DNA of 64,000 nucleotides from Rhodocyclaceae bacterium (GTDB taxonomy: Bacteria; Pseudomonadota; Gammaproteobacteria; Burkholderiales; Usitatibacteraceae): the NCBI GenBank assembly GCA_020247395.1, contig JADCJC010000007.1, forward strand, positions 2,434-66,433, written 5' to 3'. The position numbers were made by a program, and so were the translations under genes. Below, piece by piece: positions 28,238 through 38,192 of this stretch. Each line of letters opens with the position of its first letter. Position 1 is the first letter of the stretch. Below the pieces are notes generated by a model. It saw nothing but the letters and a program-made list of their open reading frames with translations, was not told the DNA's origin and did no database searches.

Positions 28238-30046
28238 GTGTGTGACACTGTCTTTAGCGCCTTCACTCAGCCCATTTCCGAATGGGTTTGGAGAAACCGC
28301 TATCGCGCTGGGCGCGACGCGGGGATTAGCTTGGAGACACGCATCGAGGACACGTGGGAGAGAGTTGCGCATGCACTTGCTCAAGCCGAGGCTTCGCATC
28401 AAGACGAATGGGCGCGACGCTTCCTGCACGCGCTGAAAGATTTCCGTTTTTTACCTGGCGGGCGTGTGCTTGCCAATGCAGGCATAAGCGGTTCGGTTGA
28501 AACCACGCTTTTCAACTGCTTCGTCATGGATCAGATTCCGAGCGAGACGCTGACGATGATGGAGCGGCTGCAAGAAAGCATGCTCACCTTGCAAGCTGGC
28601 GGTGGCATCGGCTGCAATTTTTCGCTGGTATCACGCGAAGCATATGCCTCCCTAGATGCAGAGCATGCTTCGGGCAGAGTGGAGGCGGTGATGAAACTTT
28701 GGGACGCCGCATGCGCGGCGACTACAGACAGTCGCCCCCGGCGCGGCGCGATGATGGCGACGTTACGCGACGATCATCCTGATGTTTTGGCGTTCATCGA
28801 TGCCAAGCGATCACGGCATGGGCGTAGCCAAACGCTCACACATTTCAATCTTTCTGTACTGGTTTCTGATGCATTGATGCATGCAGTGGCAAACGATGCC
28901 GCGTGGCCTTTGGTGTTCGCCACAGCGGGCACCGTGAATCGAACGGTTTGCGTGATGCGGGCGCGCGAACTCTGGCAGCGCTTGATGGATGCGGCATATG
29001 AGTCTGCCGAGCCTGGGGTAATTTTTATCGACCGCGTGCGTCGCCTAAATAATCTCGCCTATTGCGAACAGATTCATGCGACCAATCCCTGCGGAGAAGT
29101 GCCGTTGCCTGCGTATGGCGCGTGCAATCTAGGTTCGATAAATCTGGCAAAGTTTGTGGTTGACGCATTTGAGAGGAATGCGCATCTCGACTTCGCCGGC
29201 ATCGCCAGTACTACAGTTATTGCGACGCGCATGCTCGACAACGTCTACGAAGTTTCAGCGTTTCCACTTGCAAAGCAAGCCGAGGTGGCGCGCAGTGCAC
29301 GGCGTCTCGGTATCGGCATCACCGGACTTGCCGATGCATTGGCAATGCTCGGCCTGCAATATGGGTCGACCGAAGCGCGGGATGCTGCAGAGCATGTCAT
29401 GTCGTTGATTTGCCAAACCGCCTATCGTGCATCGACCGTGTTGGCGCGAGAGCGCGGCGCGTTTCCAGCGTTTGACGTTGAATCGTATTGCGCGGCACCA
29501 TTCGTCTCTGCATTGCCTGCTGATATTGTTGCGACCATTCGCAAATATGGCATTCGTAACAGTCATCTGCTCGCCATCGCTCCAACCGGGTCGATCAGTC
29601 TGCTGGCGAATAATGTGTCGAGTGGCATCGAGCCGGTCTTTGCTGGAATAGCGAAGCGCAACGTCGTCGATCGTCATGGCAACATGCGCGAATGGGAAAT
29701 CGAGGACTACGCCTGGCAACAACTTCATACTCGTTTCGGACGTGGGGCGAAGCCGACACCAGCTCTCCTCGCCGCAAGCGGTGTCGATGCTGATTCACAG
29801 TTGGCGATGCAGTCCGTGCTGCAGCGGTATGTAGATAGTGCGATATCAAAAACCATCAGTGTCGCACAAAGCATCGACCGCTCACGATTTGATGACCTCT
29901 ATCGACAAGCCTACGGGCTTGGTTTGAAAGGCTGCACGGTGATCCGCCAAGGCAGCCTCGCAAGCGAGGTTGTGACGCCACTGTCGGCTACCGAGCCGGA
30001 GTTTTGCGATTTCTCAATGCGGGACTGTCTTCCGCGCGTATCGTGA
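28238..30046 (+). CDS. nrdJ: class II (adenosylcobalamin-dependent) ribonucleotide reductase, short form
   Basis: Active-site TNPCGE (ATNPCGEVPLP) and RNR barrel segments (LFNCFV, ISKTI). GTG start. Confidence 0.75.
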   Translation: MCDTVFSAFTQPISEWVWRNRYRAGRDAGISLETRIEDTWERVAHALAQAEASHQDEWARRFLHALKDFRFLPGGRVLANAGISGSVETTLFNCFVMDQIPSETLTMMERLQESMLTLQAGGGIGCNFSLVSREAYASLDAEHASGRVEAVMKLWDAACAATTDSRPRRGAMMATLRDDHPDVLAFIDAKRSRHGRSQTLTHFNLSVLVSDALMHAVANDAAWPLVFATAGTVNRTVCVMRARELWQRLMDAAYESAEPGVIFIDRVRRLNNLAYCEQIHATNPCGEVPLPAYGACNLGSINLAKFVVDAFERNAHLDFAGIASTTVIATRMLDNVYEVSAFPLAKQAEVARSARRLGIGITGLADALAMLGLQYGSTEARDAAEHVMSLICQTAYRASTVLARERGAFPAFDVESYCAAPFVSALPADIVATIRKYGIRNSHLLAIAPTGSISLLANNVSSGIEPVFAGIAKRNVVDRHGNMREWEIEDYAWQQLHTRFGRGAKPTPALLAASGVDADSQLAMQSVLQRYVDSAISKTISVAQSIDRSRFDDLYRQAYGLGLKGCTVIRQGSLASEVVTPLSATEPEFCDFSMRDCLPRVS

Positions 30047-30071
30047 ATGCTTTTCAAGATGCGTGTAGGGG

Positions 30072-31421
30072 ATGATCGTGGTGCCACATTCAACATCGGT
30101 ATCGATTGCGCTGGAGCGTAACGCCGCTTTGACCAGATTTGTCGAGCTGCTATTTGACGGCTATCCGCAAACGATGGCAGTCAGACTTGGCAGTGGTCAA
30201 ACGGTAACGATGGGCGCGGGCAAGCCCGACTTTACGTTGGTAGTGCAATCACCTGCGGTACTTAGCAGCCTAGCTTTGTTTAGAAACCCGTTACGCCTCG
30301 CAGAAGCCTATTTTTGCGGCGAGATTGACATCGAAGGCGACCTTTATCGTGCGCTCGGTTTGCGCAAGAGTTTGATGGCAGGCATACGCACCCCGCAACA
30401 TTGGTTGTCGACGCTGATGGCGCTGCCCCGGTTGCCGCAGGAGGAAAAAGCTAGCGACGCACTATCAGGGGGAGGCAATGCGCTGCGTCGGCTCGGTCAT
30501 CACGATGCGAAACGCCGGCCTGCGAAAGCTATCGCATTTCACTATGACGTCTCCAATGACTTTTATCGCACTTGGTTAGACGAAGAAATGGTGTATTCGT
30601 GTGCCTACTTCACAAGCGACACCGATACGCTGCTGGATGCACAGCGCAACAAACTCGATCACATCTGCCGCAAATTGCGTCTGAAGCAGGGTGAGCAGAT
30701 GCTAGACATTGGTTGCGGTTGGGGTGCACTGGCCATTTGGGCGGCGCGACACTATGGCGTCAGGGTAAAAGCAATCACATTGAGCCAGCGCCAGTACGAA
30801 TTTGCTACTCACCGGGTCGCGGCGGAAGGGCTAAGCGAATTGGTTTGCGTTGAAAAACGAGACTACCGAGATCTTAATGTCACGCAGGAATTCGACAAGG
30901 TCGCCAGCGTTGGCATGTTTGAGCACGTCGGATTAAGCAACTTGGGAGGGTACTTTTCTGCGGTATACCGGATGTTGAAGCCGGGTGGGCTGTTCCTCAA
31001 CCACGGCATTACGCACGATGAGGAAGGCTGGCGTGCACAATTATCGACGCGCTTTATCAATCGCTATGTATTTCCCGGCGGCGAACTCGATACCATCAGC
31101 AATATTTTGCGCGAGATGGAGCGTGCGCAGTGGGAGGTCTGGGATGTGGAAGGGCTGCGACCTCACTATGCGATGACCCTGCGGCACTGGGTTTCGCGCC
31201 TTGAGCAGTCGCACGATGAGGCAGTACGCTACGCGGACGAAAGCACCTATCGCATCTGGCGGCTCTACATGGCGGCGTGCGCATTACATTTTGAAGAGGG
31301 TGATGTCGGCGTCTATCAGGTACTGCTATCCAAACGCGGTGCCGCTGCCAACGTCTTACCGCTGACGCGTCGCGATCTATACGTTGCCAATAATCTAAAG
31401 ATACAGGGAGTTTGCACATGA
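30072..31421 (+). CDS. cfa: cyclopropane-fatty-acyl-phospholipid synthase family SAM methyltransferase
   Basis: HYDVSNDFY, SAM motif LDIGCGWG, and the C-terminal RIWRLYMAACALHFE. Confidence 0.8.
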   Translation: MIVVPHSTSVSIALERNAALTRFVELLFDGYPQTMAVRLGSGQTVTMGAGKPDFTLVVQSPAVLSSLALFRNPLRLAEAYFCGEIDIEGDLYRALGLRKSLMAGIRTPQHWLSTLMALPRLPQEEKASDALSGGGNALRRLGHHDAKRRPAKAIAFHYDVSNDFYRTWLDEEMVYSCAYFTSDTDTLLDAQRNKLDHICRKLRLKQGEQMLDIGCGWGALAIWAARHYGVRVKAITLSQRQYEFATHRVAAEGLSELVCVEKRDYRDLNVTQEFDKVASVGMFEHVGLSNLGGYFSAVYRMLKPGGLFLNHGITHDEEGWRAQLSTRFINRYVFPGGELDTISNILREMERAQWEVWDVEGLRPHYAMTLRHWVSRLEQSHDEAVRYADESTYRIWRLYMAACALHFEEGDVGVYQVLLSKRGAAANVLPLTRRDLYVANNLKIQGVCT

Positions 31422-31876
31422 AGATTTCCAGACCGAACAAACGTCCGGTCGTGACCGGAACGCGTGATATGAATATCAGGGATGCGGCGGCGTTGATGCG
31501 AGCGGAGCATGTCGGCACTCTGGTAATCATGGATGACCAAGACGAGACCAAACCCGTCGGCGTACTGACCGACCGCGATATCGTGGTTGGCGGTATCGCT
31601 TTGGGACTCGACCCAGAAGTGGTGACGGCGGAAATGTTGATGACCGATCAGCCCGTCACAGTGCGTGACACTGCGTCGCTTGAGGACGTGATGGACAAGA
31701 TGTGCGAGTACGGCGCACGCCGTCTGCCGGTAGTCAACAAGACTGGCGCATTGGTCGGCGTCGTCAGCATGGATGATTTGGTAGAAAAAATCGGCAAGGT
31801 ACTGACCAAGCTCGGCAGCACCGCGACACGCGCGGGCGAGCGCGAAGCCAAGCGCCGTCTCCACTTTCCTGCTTAG
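31418..31876 (+). CDS. CBS domain pair protein
   Basis: Two CBS repeats (HVGTLVIMDD..., ARRLPVVNKTGALVGVVSMDDL). An ATGA overlap couples it to cfa. Confidence 0.75.
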   Translation: MKISRPNKRPVVTGTRDMNIRDAAALMRAEHVGTLVIMDDQDETKPVGVLTDRDIVVGGIALGLDPEVVTAEMLMTDQPVTVRDTASLEDVMDKMCEYGARRLPVVNKTGALVGVVSMDDLVEKIGKVLTKLGSTATRAGEREAKRRLHFPA

Positions 31877-32319
31877 CGCAGTACCCGGCATTGAAGAGCG
31901 CAAGGCCTTGTTCGGCTTGGTCGCATAGGGTGCTCGCCAGTAATTCGGCGACATTCGCTTTCTGCTCGAACTGGCGGCGTAGCTGCATCGTTCGCGCGGG
32001 CGCGATGGCCTCGCTACATTCACTACCGAAATGCAGAAGCTTATCGATTTCGCAAAGCCAGTGACGTCGCTAGCCATCCTACCTTTGATATCGGCGAGGG
32101 AAGGGCAGTGCACCACCTCTTCGCCTTGTTGGCTATTCGGCATCCCGATTTGTTTAACGAAATCGTAACAGCCTGAGACAGGGGACGGTGAATTTGGCTC
32201 CCTATGATGAAGAGCCGGACTACTACTTTCTTAAAACCGTGGTTCCGAGTAGAAAAGCGACTCGGCTTTACTTGAGGAGCTAGACAGATGAAAAAATTGA
32301 GCCCTATGATCAAGAAATT

Positions 32320-32619
32320 TTGAGCAAGTACGACAAAGGTATGATGAAGTCCGTTTCGCCATCAAAAGCAAAATTGGCCAGATTCAAAGCAGCTGCTTCT
32401 GCTACCTTTATCAAGGATAGGCGAATTAATATTCGGCTATCTTCGCCAGATCTCTTGGATATTCAAGCACGGGCCTTGGAAGAGGGTATTCCATATCAAA
32501 CGTTCATCGCCAGTGTCCTACATAAACATGCTTCTGGCCGCTTGATCGAAAAACCGTCGAGTTTGGCTCCACGCTCAGCTACACGTGGCGACAAAAGACG
32601 TGCCATTAAAAATGTCTGA
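32320..32619 (+). CDS. CopG/RHH-type antitoxin-like protein (BrnA-like), no intact toxin partner
   Basis: INIRLSSPDLLDIQARALEEGIPYQTFIASVLHKHASGRL matches the antitoxin family remembered as ...RVNIRIS..DLE.IQ..ALEEGIPYQTLI.S.LHKY. TTG start. The local sequence is AT-rich. Confidence 0.55.
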   Translation: MSKYDKGMMKSVSPSKAKLARFKAAASATFIKDRRINIRLSSPDLLDIQARALEEGIPYQTFIASVLHKHASGRLIEKPSSLAPRSATRGDKRRAIKNV

Positions 32620-32844
32620 AATTCATGTCATGCGCTTATGCTTTAATCATGTTGCCATGCGTAAAGCATCTTTTTGGTCCGTGCTTGCCGTGCCAGTCGT
32701 TCGTTCCATTATCGGCAAAGCTTTTCTAACCAGGTGTTGCAGCAAATTGACGCATAACGCCGCGTCAACCGCTGAACTTCGTTGGGTCTCGCAATCCGCG
32801 CTTCCGGCTCGCCGCAACATCGCCAGTCCGTTTTACCCAGTCCC

Positions 32845-33585
32845 ATGTATTCGCCAGTTCAAGATGGATTCTCGGTTAGAGGATCGGATGTGCGCTACAC
32901 AGAGCTTCGGCCTATTGATGACCTGACAGACGTTGTGCACTGCTTTTGGGAGCTCCGCACGCTGGCAGAACTGTCCGAAGAGTTCCAGTACCACGCACTA
33001 CCGGATGCGTGTGTGAATCTGTTGCTCAATCTTGTGGATACCAGTATTGCAGGAGTTACAGCGCTGCACTCCGAAGCAACGACACTCAACCTGGGCAAGT
33101 CGTTCCACTACGTTGGCGTGCAACTCTTTCCAGGGGTATGGCAGGGGGACGCCACCGAACTCTCGAGCAGCTACGTAGGCTCGCCGTACAAAGGGGCGTT
33201 ACCGTTAACGCAGACCGGACGACGACTCATTGGCATGAAGTTCGAAGACATGCCACAGCTCCTGTCGGAACTTTTGCGTTGGTGTCTTGCGCATGGCTTT
33301 GTCCGTGCGAATCCACTTACGGCGCGCATCTTGTCGAGAGTCGACGCCATACGGTCGGTGGCGGACATGGCGGCGCTGGCTGAATTGTCTCCGCGGCAGC
33401 TACAGCGCAAACTCAAGGAGGTTACCGGCTTCGCTCCGCATGACTTCCTCAAGGTCCTGCGCTTGCAGCAATCCTTCCGAAAGCACTACCTCGACTTGTA
33501 CGCCGATCAGGCCCACTTCACGAACGCGTTTCGGCATGCCGTAGGCTACACGCCAGTACAGTACCGCAAGCGGTTCGGTGTCTGA
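32845..33585 (+). CDS. AraC family transcriptional regulator
   Basis: C-terminal double HTH (LAELSPRQLQRKLKEVTG...HFTNAFRHAVGYTPVQYRKRF). Confidence 0.75.
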   Translation: MYSPVQDGFSVRGSDVRYTELRPIDDLTDVVHCFWELRTLAELSEEFQYHALPDACVNLLLNLVDTSIAGVTALHSEATTLNLGKSFHYVGVQLFPGVWQGDATELSSSYVGSPYKGALPLTQTGRRLIGMKFEDMPQLLSELLRWCLAHGFVRANPLTARILSRVDAIRSVADMAALAELSPRQLQRKLKEVTGFAPHDFLKVLRLQQSFRKHYLDLYADQAHFTNAFRHAVGYTPVQYRKRFGV

Positions 33586-33652
33586 TTTGTACAAGACTGC
33601 TTGTCGCGAGCCCGCTATCGTCCAAGTTCCACTTTCACTCAAGGAGTTTGCG

Positions 33653-34033
33653 ATGGGTAAGCCGAACGCGATTGGCTGGTTCGATTTGTATGTAGACGAC
33701 ATCGAACGCGCAACGCATTTTTACGAAGCTGTCCTTCAAGTCCGGTTGGAGCCGATTGGCGATCCGACTGGAGAAACCACAATGCGAAGCTTCTCCGGCG
33801 ATATGGGCGCTTATGGCGCAGCAGGGGCGCTTGTCAAATCGCCCCACGCTCGTCCGGGCCTTGGCGGGACCATGGTCTACTTCAGCGTAAATGACTGTGC
33901 AGTTGAACAAGCACGCGTAGCAGCTGCAGGCGGCCAAGTATTGCGCCCGAAGTTCTCCATCGGTCAGTTCGGCTGGGTAACGATGTGCATGGATACAGAG
34001 GGAAACGCGTTCGGACTAAACTCTATGCAGTAG
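33653..34033 (+). CDS. VOC (glyoxalase/bleomycin-resistance) family protein
   Basis: The ATG is preceded by AAGGAG. The N-terminus is IGWFDLYVDDIERATHFYEAVL, and GWVTMCMDTEGNAFGL lies near the C-terminus. Confidence 0.7.
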   Translation: MGKPNAIGWFDLYVDDIERATHFYEAVLQVRLEPIGDPTGETTMRSFSGDMGAYGAAGALVKSPHARPGLGGTMVYFSVNDCAVEQARVAAAGGQVLRPKFSIGQFGWVTMCMDTEGNAFGLNSMQ

Positions 34034-34049
34034 TGTCGGCCATCGAGCG

Positions 34050-34177
34050 AGGCCTGACCCTCGCTTAAGCTGACCCGCTGCGGCCTTGGTCGGAAACGTG
34101 TCGGAAGCGTAGAGTGGTGGCGATACCTTCTTGACTTCGGCCTGCCATGCGTCGCCGCGCTTCCTGAAATACGCCAT
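34050..34177 (-). pseudogene. tyrosine integrase, N-terminal stub only
   Basis: The minus strand from the ATG at 34177 reads MAYFRKRGDAWQAEVKKVSPPLYASDTFPTKAAAGQL..., a typical integrase arm-binding N-terminus. The frame stops after 52 codons and no catalytic domain follows. Confidence 0.45.
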
Positions 34178-34187
34178 GCCTCACCTT

Positions 34188-34228
34188 TGTCGGAATCTCT
34201 GTCGGAGCTATGTCGGAGCTATGTCGGA
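34188..34228. repeat. four direct TGTCGGA heptamers at 11-12 bp spacing
   Basis: TGTCGGA occurs at 34188, 34200, 34211 and 34222. Two further copies (GGTCGGA at 34088, TGTCGGA at 34099) are 11 bp apart. Confidence 0.7.
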
Positions 34229-34318
34229 GAGATTAACGTAAACAAGCCGTGATAAGTGGCGGTTTGTGTATTGCTCACTCTCACAAACCTACACTAATCA
34301 CCGCTTTTCATACCGTAC

Positions 34319-34338
34319 TGGTGCCAGGAAGGGACTCG
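34319..34338. repeat. partial direct copy of the tRNA-Leu 3' end (att-like)
   Basis: tggtgccaggaagggactcg here versus tggtgcccaggaagggactcg at 34493-34513. Same orientation, one 1-nt indel. Confidence 0.65.
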
Positions 34339-34459
34339 GTCACCTCCGGCGACCCCGCTGCGGCGGCTCGTCGCTTCACGTTGTTCGCTCTGAGTATCGC
34401 CGTCAGCTTTCGAGCCCCTTGCGCGAATGCCGCAGGGCATTCGCTCCCTGTCACAAAAT

Positions 34460-34481
34460 GAAAAAAGCCGCTTTCGCGGCT
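34460..34481 (-). terminator. rho-independent terminator downstream of tRNA-Leu
   Basis: The minus strand reads AGCCGC-GAAA-GCGGCT followed by TTTTTT. Confidence 0.6.
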
Positions 34482-34492
34482 TAATTTCATTT

Positions 34493-34579
34493 TGGTGCCC
34501 AGGAAGGGACTCGAACCCCCACAGTGTTGCCACCGCTAGGACCTGAACCTAGTGCGTCTACCAATTCCGCCACCTGGGC
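34493..34579 (-). tRNA. tRNA-Leu (anticodon CAG), class II with long variable arm, CCA encoded
   Basis: The minus strand reads GCCCAGGTGGCGGAATTGGTAGACGCACTAGGTTCAGGTCCTAGCGGTGGCAACACTGTGGGGGTTCGAGTCCCTTCCTGGGCACCA. Acceptor stem GCCCAGG/CCTGGGC, anticodon loop TTCAGGT, and a GGTTCGAGTCC T-arm. Confidence 0.9.
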
Positions 34580-34707
34580 ATAAACTCGTGAACGTATCAG
34601 GTATGGCTCGTTCACTGGGACAACGATTCTCTGACGCCAGAAATACCCAAGTACTAGTGGGACTATCCGCGTAAAATGAACGCAGATAATAGCCAAAAGC
34701 CAGCCAC

Positions 34708-37434
34708 TTGTCCACTAAAAAGCCGAAGACAACCAAAGCCCAACAAAAGCGCAACGCCCACGCGGTGATTGCGAAGCAGCCTGCCCGCACGCGCAAACTG
34801 AGTGACACAGAGGTTGCCTTCGCGGCACCAATGCTGATAAAACCAGCGAGTGTTGCCCATGCACCAAGTCGTGGCCGCGATCCACACGCCACGCGCGAAG
34901 CGGAGAAGTACGAGAACCCAATACCATCGCGCGAACTCATCATGGACGTGCTTACCCAAGCCGGTGTGCCGATGATGGAAGATGAACTCGCCGTCGCGCT
35001 TGAGATCAGTGAGGCGGAAATTGATGGGTTTACGCGGCGCCTGAATGCCATGGAGCGCGACGGGCAGGTGATGAAGAATCGTCGCGGTGCGATTGGCCTC
35101 TCGGAAAAGATGGACCTCATCGCAGGGCGTGTACAAGGGCACCCAGATGGTTTTGGTTTCTTGGTGCCGGACGACAAATCAGAAGATTTGTTCCTCGGCC
35201 CGAAACAAATGCAAAAAGTGCTCGACGGTGATCGTGTACTGGTGCGCGAGATCGGTGTCGATCGCCGCGGGCGTCGTGAAGCGTCGATCATTGAGATCTT
35301 AGAACACAAGAACACTCGGGTTGTTGGACGCTTGTTTGAAGAACACGGTGTGCTGTTTGTGGTTGCTGAAAACAAGCGCATCAGCCAGGACATCCTCGTC
35401 GAACCCGGCTATGACATGAAAGCGGCACCCGGCCAAGTAGTGATGGTCGAACTGGTCGCGCAGCCGTCGAAGAATTCAGAGCCGGTGGCGCGTGTCATCG
35501 AAGTATTGGGTAATTATGCGGACCCCGGTATGGAAATCGAGATTGCGTTACGCAAACACGATCTGCCATACGAATGGTCTGACGAAATTCTCACGCTCGA
35601 AAAGAAGCTGCCGAAAAGAGTTACCGCGAAGGAATGTGAAGGGCGACAGGATCTTCGTGCTCTGCCGTTTGTCACCATAGATGGTGAGACAGCAAAGGAT
35701 TTTGACGATGCGGTATACGCCGAGCGCCAGGGTAAAGGCTTTAAGTTATACGTCGCGATTGCCGATGTCTCGCACTATGTGAAACATGGCGGTGCGCTCG
35801 ATCGTGAGGCACGGCTGCGTGGAAACTCGGTTTACTTTCCTCGCCGCGTGATTCCGATGCTGCCCGAGGCGTTGTCCAACGAAATGTGTTCGTTGAATCC
35901 GCACGTGGATCGTCTGGCGCTGGTTTGCGAAATGCAAATTTCGGCGCAAGGCGAGGTTAGGCATTACAAGTTTTATGAGGCGGTGTTTCATTCACAGCAG
36001 CGTCTGACCTACACCAAGGTGGCGAAGTATCTCTATGAAAATGAGCCGGATCATGGCATTGAGGAAAAGCTGCTCCCGCACATCCGTCATTTGGATGAGG
36101 TATTTCAGGTGTTACTTGCGGCGCGTCACAAACGTGGCGCAATTGATTTCGAAGCTTCGGAAACGGAAATGCGATTTACCGAAGACGGCAAGATTGCCGA
36201 AATCGTGCCGCTAAAGCGTAACGATGCGCACCGCCTGATTGAAGAATGTATGTTGGCGGCAAACGTGTCGACGGCGAACTTCCTTATTAAACACCAACAC
36301 CCCGCGTTGTACCGTGTGCATGAGGGGCCGAACGAAGAGAAGTTGGCACAACTGCGCAGCATGCTGAAAGATTTTGGTTTGTCGCTTGGTGGCGGCAAGA
36401 GCCCGAGCCCCTCGGACTATGCGGCCTTGATTGTCAAGATTAAAGGCCGCCCGGATGAACCTTTACTGAATACCGTGTTGCTGCGCTCGTTACGCCAGGC
36501 GGTGTACTCGCCAGAGAATGTCGGACATTTTGGTTTGTCATATGAGGCATATACGCATTTCACCTCGCCGATCCGCCGTTACCCGGATTTACTGACGCAC
36601 CGTGCGATTAAAGCCATCCTGCGTAACGACGTCTACGACCCAAAAGAGTCGTGGGACGCGCTGGGGCAGCAATGTTCGATGACCGAGCGCCGTGCCGACG
36701 ATGCCACCCGCGACGTGGTGGCGTGGCTCAAGTGTTATTACATGAAGGACCGCCTTGGCGAGACCTTTGCCGGAACGATCTCCTCAGTCACGAGTTTTGG
36801 TATTTTTGTGGCGCTTGATGATGTATACGTCGAAGGCTTGGTGCACATTTCGGACCTCGGTCAAGACTATTTCAAGTTCGACAAAGACCGGCATCAGATT
36901 GTTGGTGAACGTACCCGCAAGAAATACCAGTTGGCCGACCGCGTTAACATCAAGGTGGTGCGGGTGGATATTGAGACGTCGAAGATTGATTTCACACTCG
37001 CCGCTGAGCGCATTCGTTCGCGCGCAGAAATTGCTGCGATGGACGCGCCTGATTACAAACCCGGTGTCGTTTCCACTTCACCCAAAGTTGCGCTGGCGTT
37101 ACCGCAGCGACAGGAAGGCCGTGCCAGCTTGAATCCACCGACGTTGGTCGCGCCACCCGCAGCGATATCTCCCGCTCTTCCTGCCGACGGCGCAAGCCAG
37201 AAAATCGTAATGACGGTTTCGAGCGCGAACCCGCCTACTACCCCGCTCGCCGGCCTGGTTGGCGGCACGCCACCCAGTCGTTACGGCAAGATTTCGCCGA
37301 AAAAATTGCCGCAAGCGGCATCTGCGCGAGCATCCACGTCGACACCGAAAGTGGCGGAAAAAAGCGCCAAGCCCGCATCGCGAAAGTCAGCTGGCGCAAG
37401 AAAATTGTTTGCTCCCCCGAAGAAGATTAGATAA
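34708..37434 (+). CDS. rnr: ribonuclease R
   Basis: N-terminal HTH/CSD region (PIPSRE...[11 protein letters not shown]...[12 protein letters not shown]), RNB domain (DFDDAVYA...[11 protein letters not shown]), S1 domain and a basic Lys/Ala/Pro tail. The TTG start is uncertain. Confidence 0.85.
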   Translation: MSTKKPKTTKAQQKRNAHAVIAKQPARTRKLSDTEVAFAAPMLIKPASVAHAPSRGRDPHATREAEKYENPIPSRELIMDVLTQAGVPMMEDELAVALEISEAEIDGFTRRLNAMERDGQVMKNRRGAIGLSEKMDLIAGRVQGHPDGFGFLVPDDKSEDLFLGPKQMQKVLDGDRVLVREIGVDRRGRREASIIEILEHKNTRVVGRLFEEHGVLFVVAENKRISQDILVEPGYDMKAAPGQVVMVELVAQPSKNSEPVARVIEVLGNYADPGMEIEIALRKHDLPYEWSDEILTLEKKLPKRVTAKECEGRQDLRALPFVTIDGETAKDFDDAVYAERQGKGFKLYVAIADVSHYVKHGGALDREARLRGNSVYFPRRVIPMLPEALSNEMCSLNPHVDRLALVCEMQISAQGEVRHYKFYEAVFHSQQRLTYTKVAKYLYENEPDHGIEEKLLPHIRHLDEVFQVLLAARHKRGAIDFEASETEMRFTEDGKIAEIVPLKRNDAHRLIEECMLAANVSTANFLIKHQHPALYRVHEGPNEEKLAQLRSMLKDFGLSLGGGKSPSPSDYAALIVKIKGRPDEPLLNTVLLRSLRQAVYSPENVGHFGLSYEAYTHFTSPIRRYPDLLTHRAIKAILRNDVYDPKESWDALGQQCSMTERRADDATRDVVAWLKCYYMKDRLGETFAGTISSVTSFGIFVALDDVYVEGLVHISDLGQDYFKFDKDRHQIVGERTRKKYQLADRVNIKVVRVDIETSKIDFTLAAERIRSRAEIAAMDAPDYKPGVVSTSPKVALALPQRQEGRASLNPPTLVAPPAAISPALPADGASQKIVMTVSSANPPTTPLAGLVGGTPPSRYGKISPKKLPQAASARASTSTPKVAEKSAKPASRKSAGARKLFAPPKKIR

Positions 37435-38192
37435 TGAAGCCCCAAGTGTTGTTTGGATTTCACGCGGTGGCATCGCGTCTGAAGACGCGCGCTGATACGG
37501 TTGAAGAAATGTTTATCAGTGCCGCGCGCGAAGGGCGTAGCGACGCGAGGCTCGACCGTCTGCTTGCGATTGCCAAAGAAAAAAAAGTTCGCGTGTTGGC
37601 GGTTGACAACAAGCGGCTTGACGGCATGACGGGAAACGCGCGGCATCAGGGCGTGGTGGCCATGGCGCGCCCATTTCAGCTGCCGCAGTTTGTTGATGAC
37701 GTCCTCGAAACCGTACAAGGCCCGCCGCTATTGTTGGTGTTGGATGGGGTGACCGACCCGCATAATCTTGGCGCTTGTTTGCGTGTTGCTGATGCCGCCG
37801 GTGCACATGCCGTCATTGCTCCCAAAGACCGCTCGGTCGGACTCAACGCAACGGTGATGAAGGTGGCCAGTGGTGCGGGCGAGAACATGCCCTACATCGT
37901 GGTGACCAATCTCGCGCGCACCCTGCGCGAGCTCAAGGATCGCAATATCTGGGTAATTGGTGCCGATGAGGGGGGCGAACACACCCTGTACCAATCCAAA
38001 CTCGCCGGGCCGCTCGCCTGGGTCCTTGGGGCGGAAGGCGAAGGATTGCGGCGACTCACGCGCGAGACATGCGATGAAATTGTTTCCATTCCAATGTCGG
38101 GCTCGGTCGAGAGCCTGAACGTCTCGGTCGCCTCGGGCGTATGTTTGTTTGAGGCACGGCGGCAACGAATCGCGCTGCCCAGTAGCCGCTAA
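37434..38192 (+). CDS. rlmB: 23S rRNA (guanosine-2'-O-)-methyltransferase RlmB (SpoU/TrmH family)
   Basis: SpoU motifs ([31 protein letters not shown]). It sits in the conserved rnr-rlmB position, with a TAATG overlap. Confidence 0.8.
   Translation: MKPQVLFGFHAVASRLKTRADTVEEMFISAAREGRSDARLDRLLAIAKEKKVRVLAVDNKRLDGMTGNARHQGVVAMARPFQLPQFVDDVLETVQGPPLLLVLDGVTDPHNLGACLRVADAAGAHAVIAPKDRSVGLNATVMKVASGAGENMPYIVVTNLARTLRELKDRNIWVIGADEGGEHTLYQSKLAGPLAWVLGAEGEGLRRLTRETCDEIVSIPMSGSVESLNVSVASGVCLFEARRQRIALPSSR

Noticed and set aside
1-31876. A mycobacterial-type DosR box (TT[CG]GGGACT[AT][AT]AGTCCC[CG]AA) in the promoters of the stress block.
   Set aside because: No GGGAC...GTCCC palindrome was seen by eye in the intergenic regions. 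The recurring motif is FNR-like instead.
31316-32143. A 275-aa minus-strand ORF across the CBS gene and the downstream spacer.
   Set aside because: Most of it is antisense to the well-supported CBS-pair gene, and the non-overlapping part (31877-32143) has no recognisable features.
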